A stretch of 64,000 bases of DNA from Candidatus Bathyarchaeota archaeon. Lineage in GTDB: Archaea; Thermoproteota; Bathyarchaeia; Bathyarchaeales; Bathycorpusculaceae. Made by a program: the position numbers and the translations under genes. Within the stretch, counting starts at the first letter, position 1; each line of letters starts with the position of its first letter. The stretch lies in the NCBI GenBank assembly GCA_963767735.1, contig CAVYES010000002.1, forward strand, positions 85,862 through 149,861, in the 5' to 3' direction. Below are positions 10,320 to 19,941 of this stretch, piece by piece. The notes under the pieces are model-generated. The model saw nothing but the letters and a program-made list of their open reading frames with translations. It searched no databases and was not told where the DNA came from.

Positions 10320-10802
10320 ATGGATAAACTTGACCACCTGATACTAAGCGAACTGCTGAAAGACGCACAATTATCTTTCGTTACAATCGCAAAGAAGTTG
10401 GGCACCTCGCCCTACACTATTAGAAAACGATACGAAAGAATGAAGGAAGAAGAAATAATCGCCAGAAACATCGTGTTAATTGATCTTTCAAAATTAGGAT
10501 ATCAGGGTAAGGTCTTCCTAATGATAACCATATGTCCTCAACGAGACAAATCGAATACTGTATCAGCCCTGGAGAAAATAAAGAACATCTTCGTAATCAC
10601 CGAAATAATAGGAACTTTTGATATACTCGCGATCGCCCCAGTCACTGACCTCAAAAGCATCGGATCCATAGTGAACGAAATCAACAAGTTACCTGATGTA
10701 CAAAAAGTGGAAATAACATGCATCAACAATACTGACTTCCCATTTAATGCAAGTTGGGGCAAATTATTCAGCCAGAAAAGTTACGATTTGGCAACTGCCT
10801 AA
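10320..10802 (+). CDS. Lrp/AsnC family transcriptional regulator
   Basis: MDKLDHLILSELLKDAQLSFVTIAKKLG...RYERM plus GTFDIL; ATG at 10320, one base after the upstream stop. Confidence 0.9.
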   Translation: MDKLDHLILSELLKDAQLSFVTIAKKLGTSPYTIRKRYERMKEEEIIARNIVLIDLSKLGYQGKVFLMITICPQRDKSNTVSALEKIKNIFVITEIIGTFDILAIAPVTDLKSIGSIVNEINKLPDVQKVEITCINNTDFPFNASWGKLFSQKSYDLATA

Positions 10803-11072
10803 GCAGGCTAAGTTCTTTAAATAAAGCATTGTTTTCAAATCTCCGCGCTTGGAAGAAAGTTCTTTTCTTAAAAAAGAAAAATAATGGGCGAAATTAGTGC
10901 TATTAGGGTTTGTTGAGCTCTCGGATTTTTTTTAGGAGATAAGAATGTAAGCTCGCCTAAAGTCATGGTTTTTTGTGAATTTGACTAGAGCCTTCGCAGG
11001 TCTGACGTTTTCTCAAAAGATTTTAAAAACTAAAAAAAGAAAGAGGGATTGTGGTTGTTTTATTTTGTGGTT

Positions 11073-14000
11073 TTATGGCTTTTTTCTTAGTAAGAGCAAG
11101 CCTACTATGGCGATTGCGATTATTATTGCGATTACTGCAACTGCGATTCCAATAGTTAAGCCTGTCATTGTTGCTAGGCCTGATGCAGGTGTAGGTGTAG
11201 GTGCGGCTGTAGCGGAAGGTCCTTGTACGACCATGTTGGTTTCAGAACTTGATCCCCAATAACCGTTGGTGCCTGCGAAAGTAGCGGTGACACTGTAGGT
11301 GCCTGGGACATCTGGAGGAGTCCAAGTAAAGTGGAACATGCCGTGTGCATCGGTTGTTGCGCTGCCGAGGGTGACGAAGTTGCCGTTAGGATCCGTAGCG
11401 GTTAACGTTACAGTAACGCCTGTGAAATTAGTTGGTTCCGGCTGCTGATCGTAAACGTACGCCATCCAAAAAGGCATGCTTGCGTCAGACGCGGCTGGAA
11501 CGCCACCTGGGAAGTCAGCTTTCACTGTTGATAGCTGTGAGCCAGCTGAAGTATCCATAACTGTGCCTTGTATAGCTACACTGGTGAGTGCGGTGATAGA
11601 AGTCTGTGGTGCTTCTACTGTCGTTGCGCTGGGTCCTCTGCCTATACTGTAAATCATGTTGTTATAGCCGTTCATGCACGCTATGTATCCGTTTGCGGCG
11701 ACAAATGCGCTACCAGGAGTAGACCACTCGCTTGGATAATCTGAAAGTGTCCATAATTGTTGTCCTGTGGTAGCATTAATAGCGGTTATCACTGCGCCCT
11801 TGTAAATCGGGTTGTTGATAGTGTGCTCGGAAGTAGCTAGGTAAACGACTCCGCCAGCAATGGTTTGGATGCAGGTTGGATAATCACCATAATCCACGTT
11901 ATAGCCAGCGTAAGTAGTGTTACCTTCTCCGCCGTTGCCGTAAGTCCACAATAGTTTTCCAGTGACATCATTCATGCAGTAGGTTATTCCTCCGAATTGA
12001 CTGCTGTATATGTTGCCGTAAGCACATACACTGAGCATAGTGTTGCCGAGGCCATAGTAGTCCCAGTCGTTTTGAGGTGCAGTTGTCCATAGATAGTCGC
12101 CTGTTGTCAGACTGTATCCTGCCCAGTTAAGAGTTTCCTCATAATTGAAGTAGAAGATACGGGTCTGCCAGTCGACTGCGCCGAATGCCATAGTTAGGTT
12201 GCCTGCTGGCGGGTTATATGTCTGCATCCAAAGTATTGAGCCGATTGGACCCACAGTTGCGTTGAGGTTGACAAGTTCCAATGTGTATGGAAGTTGTGGG
12301 TAGCCTGTGCTTGTTCCTTTGAAACCTGTAGGCAGGGTGCCGTTTTCGCAAAGCATTGCGTCGCCGTAGTCAGTTGCGAGTACCCTTGTTGGACATACTC
12401 CAGGCGATAAGTTAACATTTCCGCCCTCTGCAAGGTAGCCTACAGCGGTTCCTTGTTCATATGCAGGTATTAGATTTGCTGAGACAACAGGGTTATAAGT
12501 GGCCTGCAAAGGCATGGTGTTTAGCCAGGGTATTGAAACGTTCCAATCATACTTTCCTGACGGATTAGCTGAGGATATAGCTTCACCTTGCGCGATAGTA
12601 GTGCTTGCATCAGCTATGATTGTGGAACCATACGGGATAAAGACGCTTGCTCCACTTGGAGCGGTACCTGTTTCGCCTATGATTGGAATTGGTAGTGTTG
12701 GAACCATCCAGCCGTTGCTTGCATTCATGACTGATGGTGAATAACTCCCTCCGCCTGTGTATGGGTTAATGTCGTATTCAAATATTTTAGACATGTTCCA
12801 CTCAGCCAAATACCAGTTCGGATTCGCGGCCGTGCCGTCGTTCATAAAGACGTCTCTTATTACTTCACCGCTTGGACCCATGGTTTGCCCGTATGTGAGA
12901 GCTACTGCAATCTGGCCATTTATCGTCTCGGGTATAAGTGATGGAGGCTGACCCGGAGCTAGTACTGTTAGGACTGATGGTGCTGCAAAGCCTGGAACAC
13001 CGGTTATGTTGAACAGTACGTCCCCTGTGTATGCATCAAAGCACTCCCACATCGATGGCAAACCTGTAAGTCCGCCTCCGATAGCTGCAACTAGTATTGG
13101 GGGATAGGTTCCGTGCTGGTCAGGATCCCATAGGTTGTATATGTAAGCGAATGACAGCGGCGGTACAGTGGTGCTACTCCAAAGCTGTTGCCCTGTTTGA
13201 AGGTTAACGCAGACGGTTGGTCCACTGCTTGGACCCGTGAATGATACTGTTTGAGTGTAGAATAGGTATCCGTTTATTATTATCGGATTGCTGAATCTTG
13301 GCTGGTATGAAGAACCCTCGTAGTACTGGACTCCTGCGCCGTTGCTTGGATCAGAACCGCCAGCTGGAAAGTAGTTTCCTCCGACAGTTCCTCCGAATTG
13401 AAGCGGCGTCTCCCACATGATATGGCCAGTGAGAGGTCCTACGTTATCTCCATGGTATAATGTTGAGCTAGTATAGCCTTCTAGAACTGGTGTACCTGTT
13501 CCTAGCCAGTTTGACGAAATCGTGTACCAATTAGAGTTTTCACCGTATATTGGGTTGCTCCAGTAATTTGTCGGTAGCGGCTCGCCGGTTATTGCGCCAG
13601 CGATTGGTGTTGACTGCACAGTAAGCGTTGTTGATGCACTGCTTGGCAGATAAGTATCGTTAACCAATACTGAGCCAGAGTAACCGTCGCCATTCGCACC
13701 ATAAACTTGCCCTGGATAACTAAAGGTGATATTATATGTGCCGACTTGGTTTGGAGTATAGGTTATGTACAGTGATGAAGTTGGATCTTGGTCAACAGCG
13801 AAAGTCTGTGTTGAGACTGCACCATTAGGCGCCGTAATGGTAATCTTGTAGTTATCGAATCGGTAGTCATTTGCTAGCAATGCTGCGGAGGTTGTGTAAG
13901 CGTTCCCTATAACAGCCTCAGATGCTCCACCAGCAGCTCCGTAAACGGGGGCAAGCCAACAGTAAATGAGATCGGACTGACCGACACCTACAAGATGTGG

Positions 14001-14147
14001 TGCAGCTTCGATGTATGCATATGTTGGAATTTGCCACGCAGGAGTGTGTGCACTAGCGTTTGGCAGTAATGCTATTGAACCTCCAATTGAAATTGTTAAA
14101 ATTGCTGCAATCAAAATAGCCATAGTTTTACCTTTTAGATTTTGCAT
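11073..14147 (-). CDS. Secreted, C-terminally membrane-anchored PQQ-binding-like beta-propeller repeat protein (copy 2)
   Basis: Clear paralog of 6569..9565 (near-identical signal peptide MQNLKGKT..AILIAAILTISIG; same blades and anchor). Confidence 0.88.
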   Translation of the reverse strand: MQNLKGKTMAILIAAILTISIGGSIALLPNASAHTPAWQIPTYAYIEAAPHLVGVGQSDLIYCWLAPVYGAAGGASEAVIGNAYTTSAALLANDYRFDNYKITITAPNGAVSTQTFAVDQDPTSSLYITYTPNQVGTYNITFSYPGQVYGANGDGYSGSVLVNDTYLPSSASTTLTVQSTPIAGAITGEPLPTNYWSNPIYGENSNWYTISSNWLGTGTPVLEGYTSSTLYHGDNVGPLTGHIMWETPLQFGGTVGGNYFPAGGSDPSNGAGVQYYEGSSYQPRFSNPIIINGYLFYTQTVSFTGPSSGPTVCVNLQTGQQLWSSTTVPPLSFAYIYNLWDPDQHGTYPPILVAAIGGGLTGLPSMWECFDAYTGDVLFNITGVPGFAAPSVLTVLAPGQPPSLIPETINGQIAVALTYGQTMGPSGEVIRDVFMNDGTAANPNWYLAEWNMSKIFEYDINPYTGGGSYSPSVMNASNGWMVPTLPIPIIGETGTAPSGASVFIPYGSTIIADASTTIAQGEAISSANPSGKYDWNVSIPWLNTMPLQATYNPVVSANLIPAYEQGTAVGYLAEGGNVNLSPGVCPTRVLATDYGDAMLCENGTLPTGFKGTSTGYPQLPYTLELVNLNATVGPIGSILWMQTYNPPAGNLTMAFGAVDWQTRIFYFNYEETLNWAGYSLTTGDYLWTTAPQNDWDYYGLGNTMLSVCAYGNIYSSQFGGITYCMNDVTGKLLWTYGNGGEGNTTYAGYNVDYGDYPTCIQTIAGGVVYLATSEHTINNPIYKGAVITAINATTGQQLWTLSDYPSEWSTPGSAFVAANGYIACMNGYNNMIYSIGRGPSATTVEAPQTSITALTSVAIQGTVMDTSAGSQLSTVKADFPGGVPAASDASMPFWMAYVYDQQPEPTNFTGVTVTLTATDPNGNFVTLGSATTDAHGMFHFTWTPPDVPGTYSVTATFAGTNGYWGSSSETNMVVQGPSATAAPTPTPASGLATMTGLTIGIAVAVIAIIIAIAIVGLLLLRKKP

Positions 14148-14246
14148 TTTTCTTTTCCTTCCATTTTATTTTCATTGAGCGAAAAGCAACATACATACTC
14201 TCGTATGCAAATTCTCCCGCCCATAGAATCTCGTTAGTCATAGCGC

Positions 14247-14262
14247 CTTATAAAACTTTGCA
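14247..14262 (-). promoter_or_regulatory. Archaeal BRE/TATA promoter of beta-propeller gene copy 2
   Basis: Minus strand TGCAAAGTTTTATAAG, identical to 9648..9663. Confidence 0.7.
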
Positions 14263-14604
14263 AAAACCATCTTTCTTTTTAGCGATGAATATAAAGATTG
14301 CTGAAGATAAATGGTGGAAAAAACGAGAAAAAAGGGAAAAACACTTAACCTTCGAGATAAATTTAAAAAAAGAGTGTTGTTTGAAGTTTCGGCTCTAACT
14401 TTACCAGTCTACTAAACTAAAGTCAAGCAACTGGAATGACAGGCTGTGTCTTGACAAACAAAATGACGTTAAACGGAGCTTAGATGCATTTCGATTAGAA
14501 GCAAAAAGATTCCTAAATTTATTGTACCTGTAAACACGAACCTATGGTATAAGCTTTTATACGAATGTTGAGGTGAGACTTAACAGTTAAATGGTTAGAG
14601 CTCT

Positions 14605-15456
14605 ATGAACAAACTTGGCGGCTTCATTCGGTTAATGCGACCTGTCAACTGTGTCATGATGGGTTTCGCTGTGCTTGTAGGGGCAGTTCTCGCCAGCTCC
14701 CAATTTGGTGGACTTAACTGGCTTAGCATCACGTTCGGTTTCTTAACGGGCTTCACTTTTTGTGCTGCAGCCATGGTTATTAACGATTATTATGACCGCG
14801 GTATTGACGCAATCAATGAGCCATCACGCCCAATTCCAAGCGGTTTGGTGAAAACGCGTGAAGCTTTGGCTTTTGTTGCTGTGCTTTCTGCAGTGGGTTT
14901 CTTTTTCGCTTTTAAAGTAAGCGTCGTATGTTTTGCTGTGGCGGCGGCATCTCTTGTTATAACTGCAACGTATCTTACTGTAGGCAAGCGAAGCGGTTTA
15001 CCTGGAAATTTTTTGGTCAGCATCTGCGTTGCTATCCCCTTCCTTTACGGCAGCATAGTTGCTTTCGGTTTTGTCAAGTTTGATGTGGTGTTGTTTGCAT
15101 CTATGGCTTTTCTATCAAACACAGGCAGAGAAATCACAAAAGGAATCGTTGACGTTAAAGGCGACAACGCAAAAGGGGTGAAAACTTTAGCAGTCCGCTA
15201 TGGCGAAAAAAAGGCTGCGATTGCAGCCACAGCTTTTTACATTACGGCAGTGGCTTTGACGCCCGTTACTTGGCTTTTAGGTTTGGTATCAATCTGGTTT
15301 GTGCCGTTCGTTCTGGTTACGGACTGTGGGCTTGTAGCCTCTTCAGTGCTTTTACTAAGAGACTATTCACGTGACAATTCTAGGCGAATAAAAAATACGG
15401 TTCTTTTATGGTTCATTTTTGGATTGTTAGCATACATTTTTGGCACTTTCAAGTGA
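14605..15456 (+). CDS. UbiA family prenyltransferase, digeranylgeranylglyceryl phosphate synthase-like
   Basis: LMRPVNC, INDYYDRGIDAINEPSRPIPSG, REITKGIVDVKGD...GVKTLAV; multiple TM helices. Confidence 0.9.
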   Translation: MNKLGGFIRLMRPVNCVMMGFAVLVGAVLASSQFGGLNWLSITFGFLTGFTFCAAAMVINDYYDRGIDAINEPSRPIPSGLVKTREALAFVAVLSAVGFFFAFKVSVVCFAVAAASLVITATYLTVGKRSGLPGNFLVSICVAIPFLYGSIVAFGFVKFDVVLFASMAFLSNTGREITKGIVDVKGDNAKGVKTLAVRYGEKKAAIAATAFYITAVALTPVTWLLGLVSIWFVPFVLVTDCGLVASSVLLLRDYSRDNSRRIKNTVLLWFIFGLLAYIFGTFK

Positions 15457-15870
15457 AAACCGATTTTTTGGTGACAATCACCCGCGCACAATTCCACTTT
15501 TTTCTTTTTTTGTTTTTGGAGCGAGCCTTCCAATATTTTTGGGTTAACGCCGATAAGGTTAAGTGAAAACTGTCTTCCTTGCTTGTGGATGATTGCAGCA
15601 ACCGGCACAAGAAATGCTGGAATAAATTTATGAGAACGCGGAGCGACCAAGCAAGTTTAAAAAGCATAAACCTGAAAAATTCAATACTTTAACAAATAGG
15701 TAACATCTAATTAACAGAAAATAGAAAAAGCAGTAAATTAATAATTTTTAGGTATTCGCAACTAAAAACTTTCAAACATAAAATTTTCAGTATTTCTTAA
15801 GACGCACATTTACTAAAATATTTAATTTAAAATTTATTATCAGTTAACATACCTAAAGAGTTAACCTAAA

Positions 15871-16092
15871 ATGGCAATCCAGAAAACTACAAGTGAAATT
15901 CGGCAACTTCTAATCAATGCAAAGTTAGATTTTGAGTCAATACAGAATAAGGCATTGAACGATTATCTTCCAAAAATACTTCATATCTGCCCATTTATAG
16001 ATGAACCATGCGCAACAAAACAATGCGTAGAATGTGAAGTCTTCACCAACAGCACAAACAAACGAAACTTAAAGGGGAAGCAAAAAACCTGA
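15871..16092 (+). CDS. Small hypothetical protein with four-Cys cluster
   Basis: ATG-start 73-aa ORF, CPFIDEPCATKQCVECE; no competing gene. Confidence 0.5.
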   Translation: MAIQKTTSEIRQLLINAKLDFESIQNKALNDYLPKILHICPFIDEPCATKQCVECEVFTNSTNKRNLKGKQKT

Positions 16093-16179
16093 GCTTGCGC
16101 TCAAAGGACAAAAAGATAAGTTGTTGCTTGCCGAGCTCACCCTTATGCATGCTTGAACATTAATGCCCCTATTGCTTTT

Positions 16180-16341
16180 CTAAGGAATTTCAGGAATCAT
16201 ATCTCTTCTGCTTTTTGGTTCAACTATTGAACGATATCTTCCACAATACAGATAGGGACCAGAAATGCAGGTTTTGGCGTCAGCCTTATAGAGTGTACAA
16301 ACCTTACGTTTGGGACAGCCGCCAAAGTTATGAAATAACAT
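16180..16341 (-). CDS. Small Cys-rich hypothetical protein
   Basis: From ATG 16341: CPKRKVC...TC...YCGRYR, four spaced Cys. Confidence 0.4.
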   Translation of the reverse strand: MLFHNFGGCPKRKVCTLYKADAKTCISGPYLYCGRYRSIVEPKSRRDMIPEIP

Positions 16342-16560
16342 TTGCTTATATGATTTCAAAATCGTGCATCCCAAGCATTCTTAACCTTAATTGAAACATT
16401 ACGTTCTGGGTTCTTAAGGCATATTTCGATAATTGAAATATGCCGACCGAAATCGGCAAAAACTCGCAAAAACTTGCTGCTATTTTGAACATATATACGT
16501 GCATGTTAGCAACAATTAAATCCCTCGTATGTTGAATCAACCATTAAAGAGGATGTTAAC

Positions 16561-17214
16561 ATGTCTGAAAATTTCGCTAAAAAATGGGAACCTAAAAGAG
16601 AAGAAGAATCGTTCAGCACCTCAATTCGCAACACAGTTACGCGGCCGCCACCACTAAAGACAGCTTTAGATGCAGCTGTTAGAAAACTCGACTTGCAAAT
16701 CAACAAGTTAGACCAAGCTAACGAACGTTTCACAGAGAAAGACAAGTCTCTGTTCGCTAAATTAGTAAATGCTTACACGCAACATGATACGGCGCACGCT
16801 AACATTTATGCTACTGAACTAGCTGAAATACGAAAAATGTCAAAGCTTATCATGAACGCAAGACTTGCACTAGACCAAGTATCGCTACGCATAAAGACAG
16901 TAACCGAACTGGGCGATGTTGTTACTGCACTGGGACCATGCATCGGAGTAATACGCAGTGTCAGCGGGGGACTATGCGGTGTTTTACCAGAAGCCGAAAA
17001 TGAGCTGAGCGGCATCGGTGATATGCTGAGCGGTTTAATGTTTGAAGCAGGAACAAGCAGCGGAATGTCATTAAACTTCAACTCTGTAAACGAGGACGCA
17101 GCAAAAATCCTTGATGAAGCAGCAATTGTTGCAGAACAGAGAGTTAGCTCGAACTTCCCCGATTTACCTCCTGGAATGCCATCTGGTGCAGCAAACAACA
17201 AAACGAGAACTTAA
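16561..17214 (+). CDS. cdvB: ESCRT-III / Snf7 family protein (CdvB paralog)
   Basis: ANIYATELAEIRKM, RLALDQVSLRIKTVTELGDV, LPEAENEL, EDAAKILDEAAIVAEQR...FPDLP: typical archaeal CdvB/Snf7 core. Confidence 0.9.
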   Translation: MSENFAKKWEPKREEESFSTSIRNTVTRPPPLKTALDAAVRKLDLQINKLDQANERFTEKDKSLFAKLVNAYTQHDTAHANIYATELAEIRKMSKLIMNARLALDQVSLRIKTVTELGDVVTALGPCIGVIRSVSGGLCGVLPEAENELSGIGDMLSGLMFEAGTSSGMSLNFNSVNEDAAKILDEAAIVAEQRVSSNFPDLPPGMPSGAANNKTRT

Positions 17215-17351
17215 ATCAAGCTAAGTATCTTCTTCCTTAGCCTCTTCTTTTTTCTTATTTTTAACTACAATTTAAACAATCTGATCTTTGTTCTTGTAAT
17301 TTTTAAGTAAGTATTCATGGATAATAAATCTTAAATCTGCATAGCAAAATA

Positions 17352-17591
17352 ATGCCAAACAATGGTGAAACACTGGACATGAATAATAAAACCTTCGCCT
17401 TGTTCATGTTGCTTGTGGGTTTAGCCCTCTCAGTTGCAGGGGTTGGAATTGCGATATCTTCAATGAACCAAGCGATAGACAGCCCTTTCAATACAAATGT
17501 TAACAGCACTTGGAATACTGAAACAGTCGCTATTGTGATGGCAATAGTTGGAATTATTATGGTTCTTTATGGAATATTGATTCTTTTTTAG
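17352..17591 (+). CDS. Small two-TM membrane protein
   Basis: Two hydrophobic helices separated by an Asn/Thr-rich loop. Confidence 0.6.
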   Translation: MPNNGETLDMNNKTFALFMLLVGLALSVAGVGIAISSMNQAIDSPFNTNVNSTWNTETVAIVMAIVGIIMVLYGILILF

Positions 17592-17612
17592 AAGCCAAGA
17601 AGCGCGGCGCGC

Positions 17613-17889
17613 TTATGCTGGTTCTATGGTGACTTCCATAATGCACCTTTCAAGGCTTGGCTTATCGCGCTTCAACAAGGTCAGTGTCAAATCTGGAATA
17701 CGTATTCGCCCATTTTTTTGCATTTTAGCTAGAAAACTCTCCCTAACGCCCAGAAAACCAACGATGGTAACTGTAACTTTTAAGGTCTCAGACGATCCAA
17801 CTTGAATCATGGCGTACCAACCTGGGCATTTGCAGACGACCTGCTTTCTGCAGCTTCGTTTTGAAACTTACTGTTTGGCTCAAAGGCAA
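17613..17889 (-). pseudogene. Frameshifted tandem AbrB-like (swapped-hairpin) protein
   Basis: TTG 17889 gives MPLSQTVSFKTKLQKAGRLQMPRLVR, then stops near 17788. FKLD reads in a second frame, and SETLKVTV...FLAKMQKNGRIRIP...MEVTIEP in a third. Two internal xQKxGRxxxP repeats. Confidence 0.55.
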
Positions 17890-18125
17890 CTTAAACAGTC
17901 CTCCTCTGCAGGATACTTCACGGACGCGAAAATATTTTCTTATCCTTCTGTTTCCCTACTTGTCCTTCCATGTCCTTTCCCGTACGCAACCTGCAAACGA
18001 TTTAAGCTTTGCTTCAAAAAAGCAACCCAAAACGCAAAGAACAAAATTCTGCGGAAATATTTCGCTCTTATTTTTATCCACTAATGTAAAAGCGTTTAAT
18101 TATTCTTGTTTATGGAAAAGTCATC

Positions 18126-18704
18126 TTATCTTTTTTCTGGCGGCTTCTCCCATAGTTCAAGCTTCTGTTTCTTTAGCTCGGTTCTCTTTTTCTGCAAATA
18201 GTTGTACATTGTGTGGTGCTGGCAACCTTCAATAATCATTTGCACCGCGTTATGTGCTGTGTCAACCTGTTCGAAACTGCCGATAAGCCCGACAGTGTGA
18301 CCATACACAACTACGTCAGCCTCAGTTAACTCTTCAATTAGCTTTCTTGTTTTACCGTCGGCACCGATTATTCTTCCTTTTATCCGTTTAATGTCAGATT
18401 CTGATCGGCCAAAAATGACGCGCAAATCTATCATGTCAAAGATTTCGTCTTCGTTGCGAATCAGGCGGAATGCTACTTCAGGAGTAAAGCCTCTGCCGAT
18501 GGCTGTGGCAACATCTTTTGCTTTTAGCAGCAAGGATGGGTCAGTTGCTTTTTCTGAGAGCGTAAGGGTGACGTTTCCGTCGCTGTCAACGTCCAGTTTC
18601 ACCTGAAGCTTCTCTTCAATATACTGCTTAACTTTGCCTTCGGGACCAATAAGTATCCCAACGCGCTCTTTTGGAATCCTAACAAACGTGTCTAATCCAA
18701 CCAT
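18126..18704 (-). CDS. KH-domain rRNA processing protein (Dim2/Pno1-like)
   Basis: RVGILIGPEG, AIGRGF, RIKGRIIGADGKTRK...H..Y..L. Confidence 0.93.
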   Translation of the reverse strand: MVGLDTFVRIPKERVGILIGPEGKVKQYIEEKLQVKLDVDSDGNVTLTLSEKATDPSLLLKAKDVATAIGRGFTPEVAFRLIRNEDEIFDMIDLRVIFGRSESDIKRIKGRIIGADGKTRKLIEELTEADVVVYGHTVGLIGSFEQVDTAHNAVQMIIEGCQHHTMYNYLQKKRTELKKQKLELWEKPPEKR

Positions 18705-18706
18705 TT

Positions 18707-19537
18707 TTAACCCACAACCATCTTATGCAACTTTTCAAGGGGATAAACTTTTACGTTTAACCGACTAAAGAACCTATTCAAATTCGTTAAATCCCTTGTC
18801 AGCATGAAATCAGCCATCGGATGTTCGATGGAAACGGACTGGGACATGTCAAAAACCACTATTTTGCCTTTCCAAATCATAATGTTATATTCGCTTAAGT
18901 CACCGTGAACAAGTTTGGCTTTCTTGTAGAGGCGCTTTACATAAGTAACTAGTAAGCGGTAGGTTCGCACGGGGTTAGTTGGAGGCCGCTCTTTGAGTGA
19001 TGGCGCGCTAACGCCGTCTTTCCCGATGAACTCCATGACTACCACGTTGCTTTTGACAGCAAGGGGTTTGGGAACAGGAACCTTTGCTTCCGTGGCTTCC
19101 TTTAAATTGCGAAACTCCTTCGCTGCCCAAACAGCAATCAGCGATCGCGTGTCACGTTTAATGTTTTTGAAGCGAGGGTCCCCTTCAATGTATTTTAGCA
19201 TACCCTTCTTGAACTCAGCAGATGAGGTTAAGTAAATTTTCACCGCTAAATCTTTGCCTCCCTTGTCCGTACCCCAGTACACGCGTGCTTCCTTGCCTGA
19301 ACTAACAACCCCATTGAGCTCATAGAAAACCCCACTGTTTAGCATGTCAAAAACAACCATGCGCGTGGTTTGGTCAAAAACCTCCTCCACGGTGGCACGC
19401 TCCTTTGTCATATCATGTGTAAGCATTTTGTCTCTCCGTTCCACTCGCCTTTCGGTATGGGCAAGGCGTTCTTGAGCTTTCCTAGACATAATATCAATCA
19501 TGTTAACTGCTTCAGGATATTTAAAAGCATCAACCAA
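18707..19537 (-). CDS. rio1: RIO1 family atypical Ser/Thr kinase
   Basis: SSGKEARVY, AVKIY, EFRNL, VMEFIG, VHGDLSEYNI, FDMSQ; true start may be a downstream Met. Confidence 0.93.
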   Translation of the reverse strand: MVDAFKYPEAVNMIDIMSRKAQERLAHTERRVERRDKMLTHDMTKERATVEEVFDQTTRMVVFDMLNSGVFYELNGVVSSGKEARVYWGTDKGGKDLAVKIYLTSSAEFKKGMLKYIEGDPRFKNIKRDTRSLIAVWAAKEFRNLKEATEAKVPVPKPLAVKSNVVVMEFIGKDGVSAPSLKERPPTNPVRTYRLLVTYVKRLYKKAKLVHGDLSEYNIMIWKGKIVVFDMSQSVSIEHPMADFMLTRDLTNLNRFFSRLNVKVYPLEKLHKMVVG

Positions 19538-19635
19538 GAAAAAAGAATATTATAGTTGAATTAAAAAAATTAGAAAACGACGAGGCACGTCGCTGTTGAA
19601 GGGCTAAAATGAATATTAAGATTAAATTTTGAAGA

Positions 19636-19941
19636 TTAAAGAGTTAGTATGCCCTTTCGCCGTAGTGTATCGGCTTGTGAGTGTGTGTAGCGCCAGACAA
19701 CGTCGCCGCGTGTGTCAGTTTGGAACTCCCAGGGTGAAACTATAACTATGTCGCCTTCGCGGATCCATACGCGTCTTTTCATTTTGCCTCTGATTCGGCA
19801 TAAACGTTCGGCGCCGTCTTGGCATTTAACCATGATTCGGTCGAAACCAAGCAGTTTAACAACTACGCCTAACACTTCATTTTCCCTAGGATAAACTAGC
19901 TCGCCGATTGCGCCTTCGCTTAACACTTTTTTCTTTCCCAA
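19636..19941 (-). CDS. eif1a: Translation initiation factor aIF-1A
   Basis: LGFDRIMVKCQDG..RLCRIRGKMKRRVWIREGDIVIVSPW..Q..RGDVVWRY. Confidence 0.96.
   Translation of the reverse strand: MGKKKVLSEGAIGELVYPRENEVLGVVVKLLGFDRIMVKCQDGAERLCRIRGKMKRRVWIREGDIVIVSPWEFQTDTRGDVVWRYTHSQADTLRRKGILTL

Noticed and set aside
15460-15870. Very AT-rich stretch considered as a replication origin
   Set aside because: No ORB-like repeats and no cdc6/orc1 nearby.
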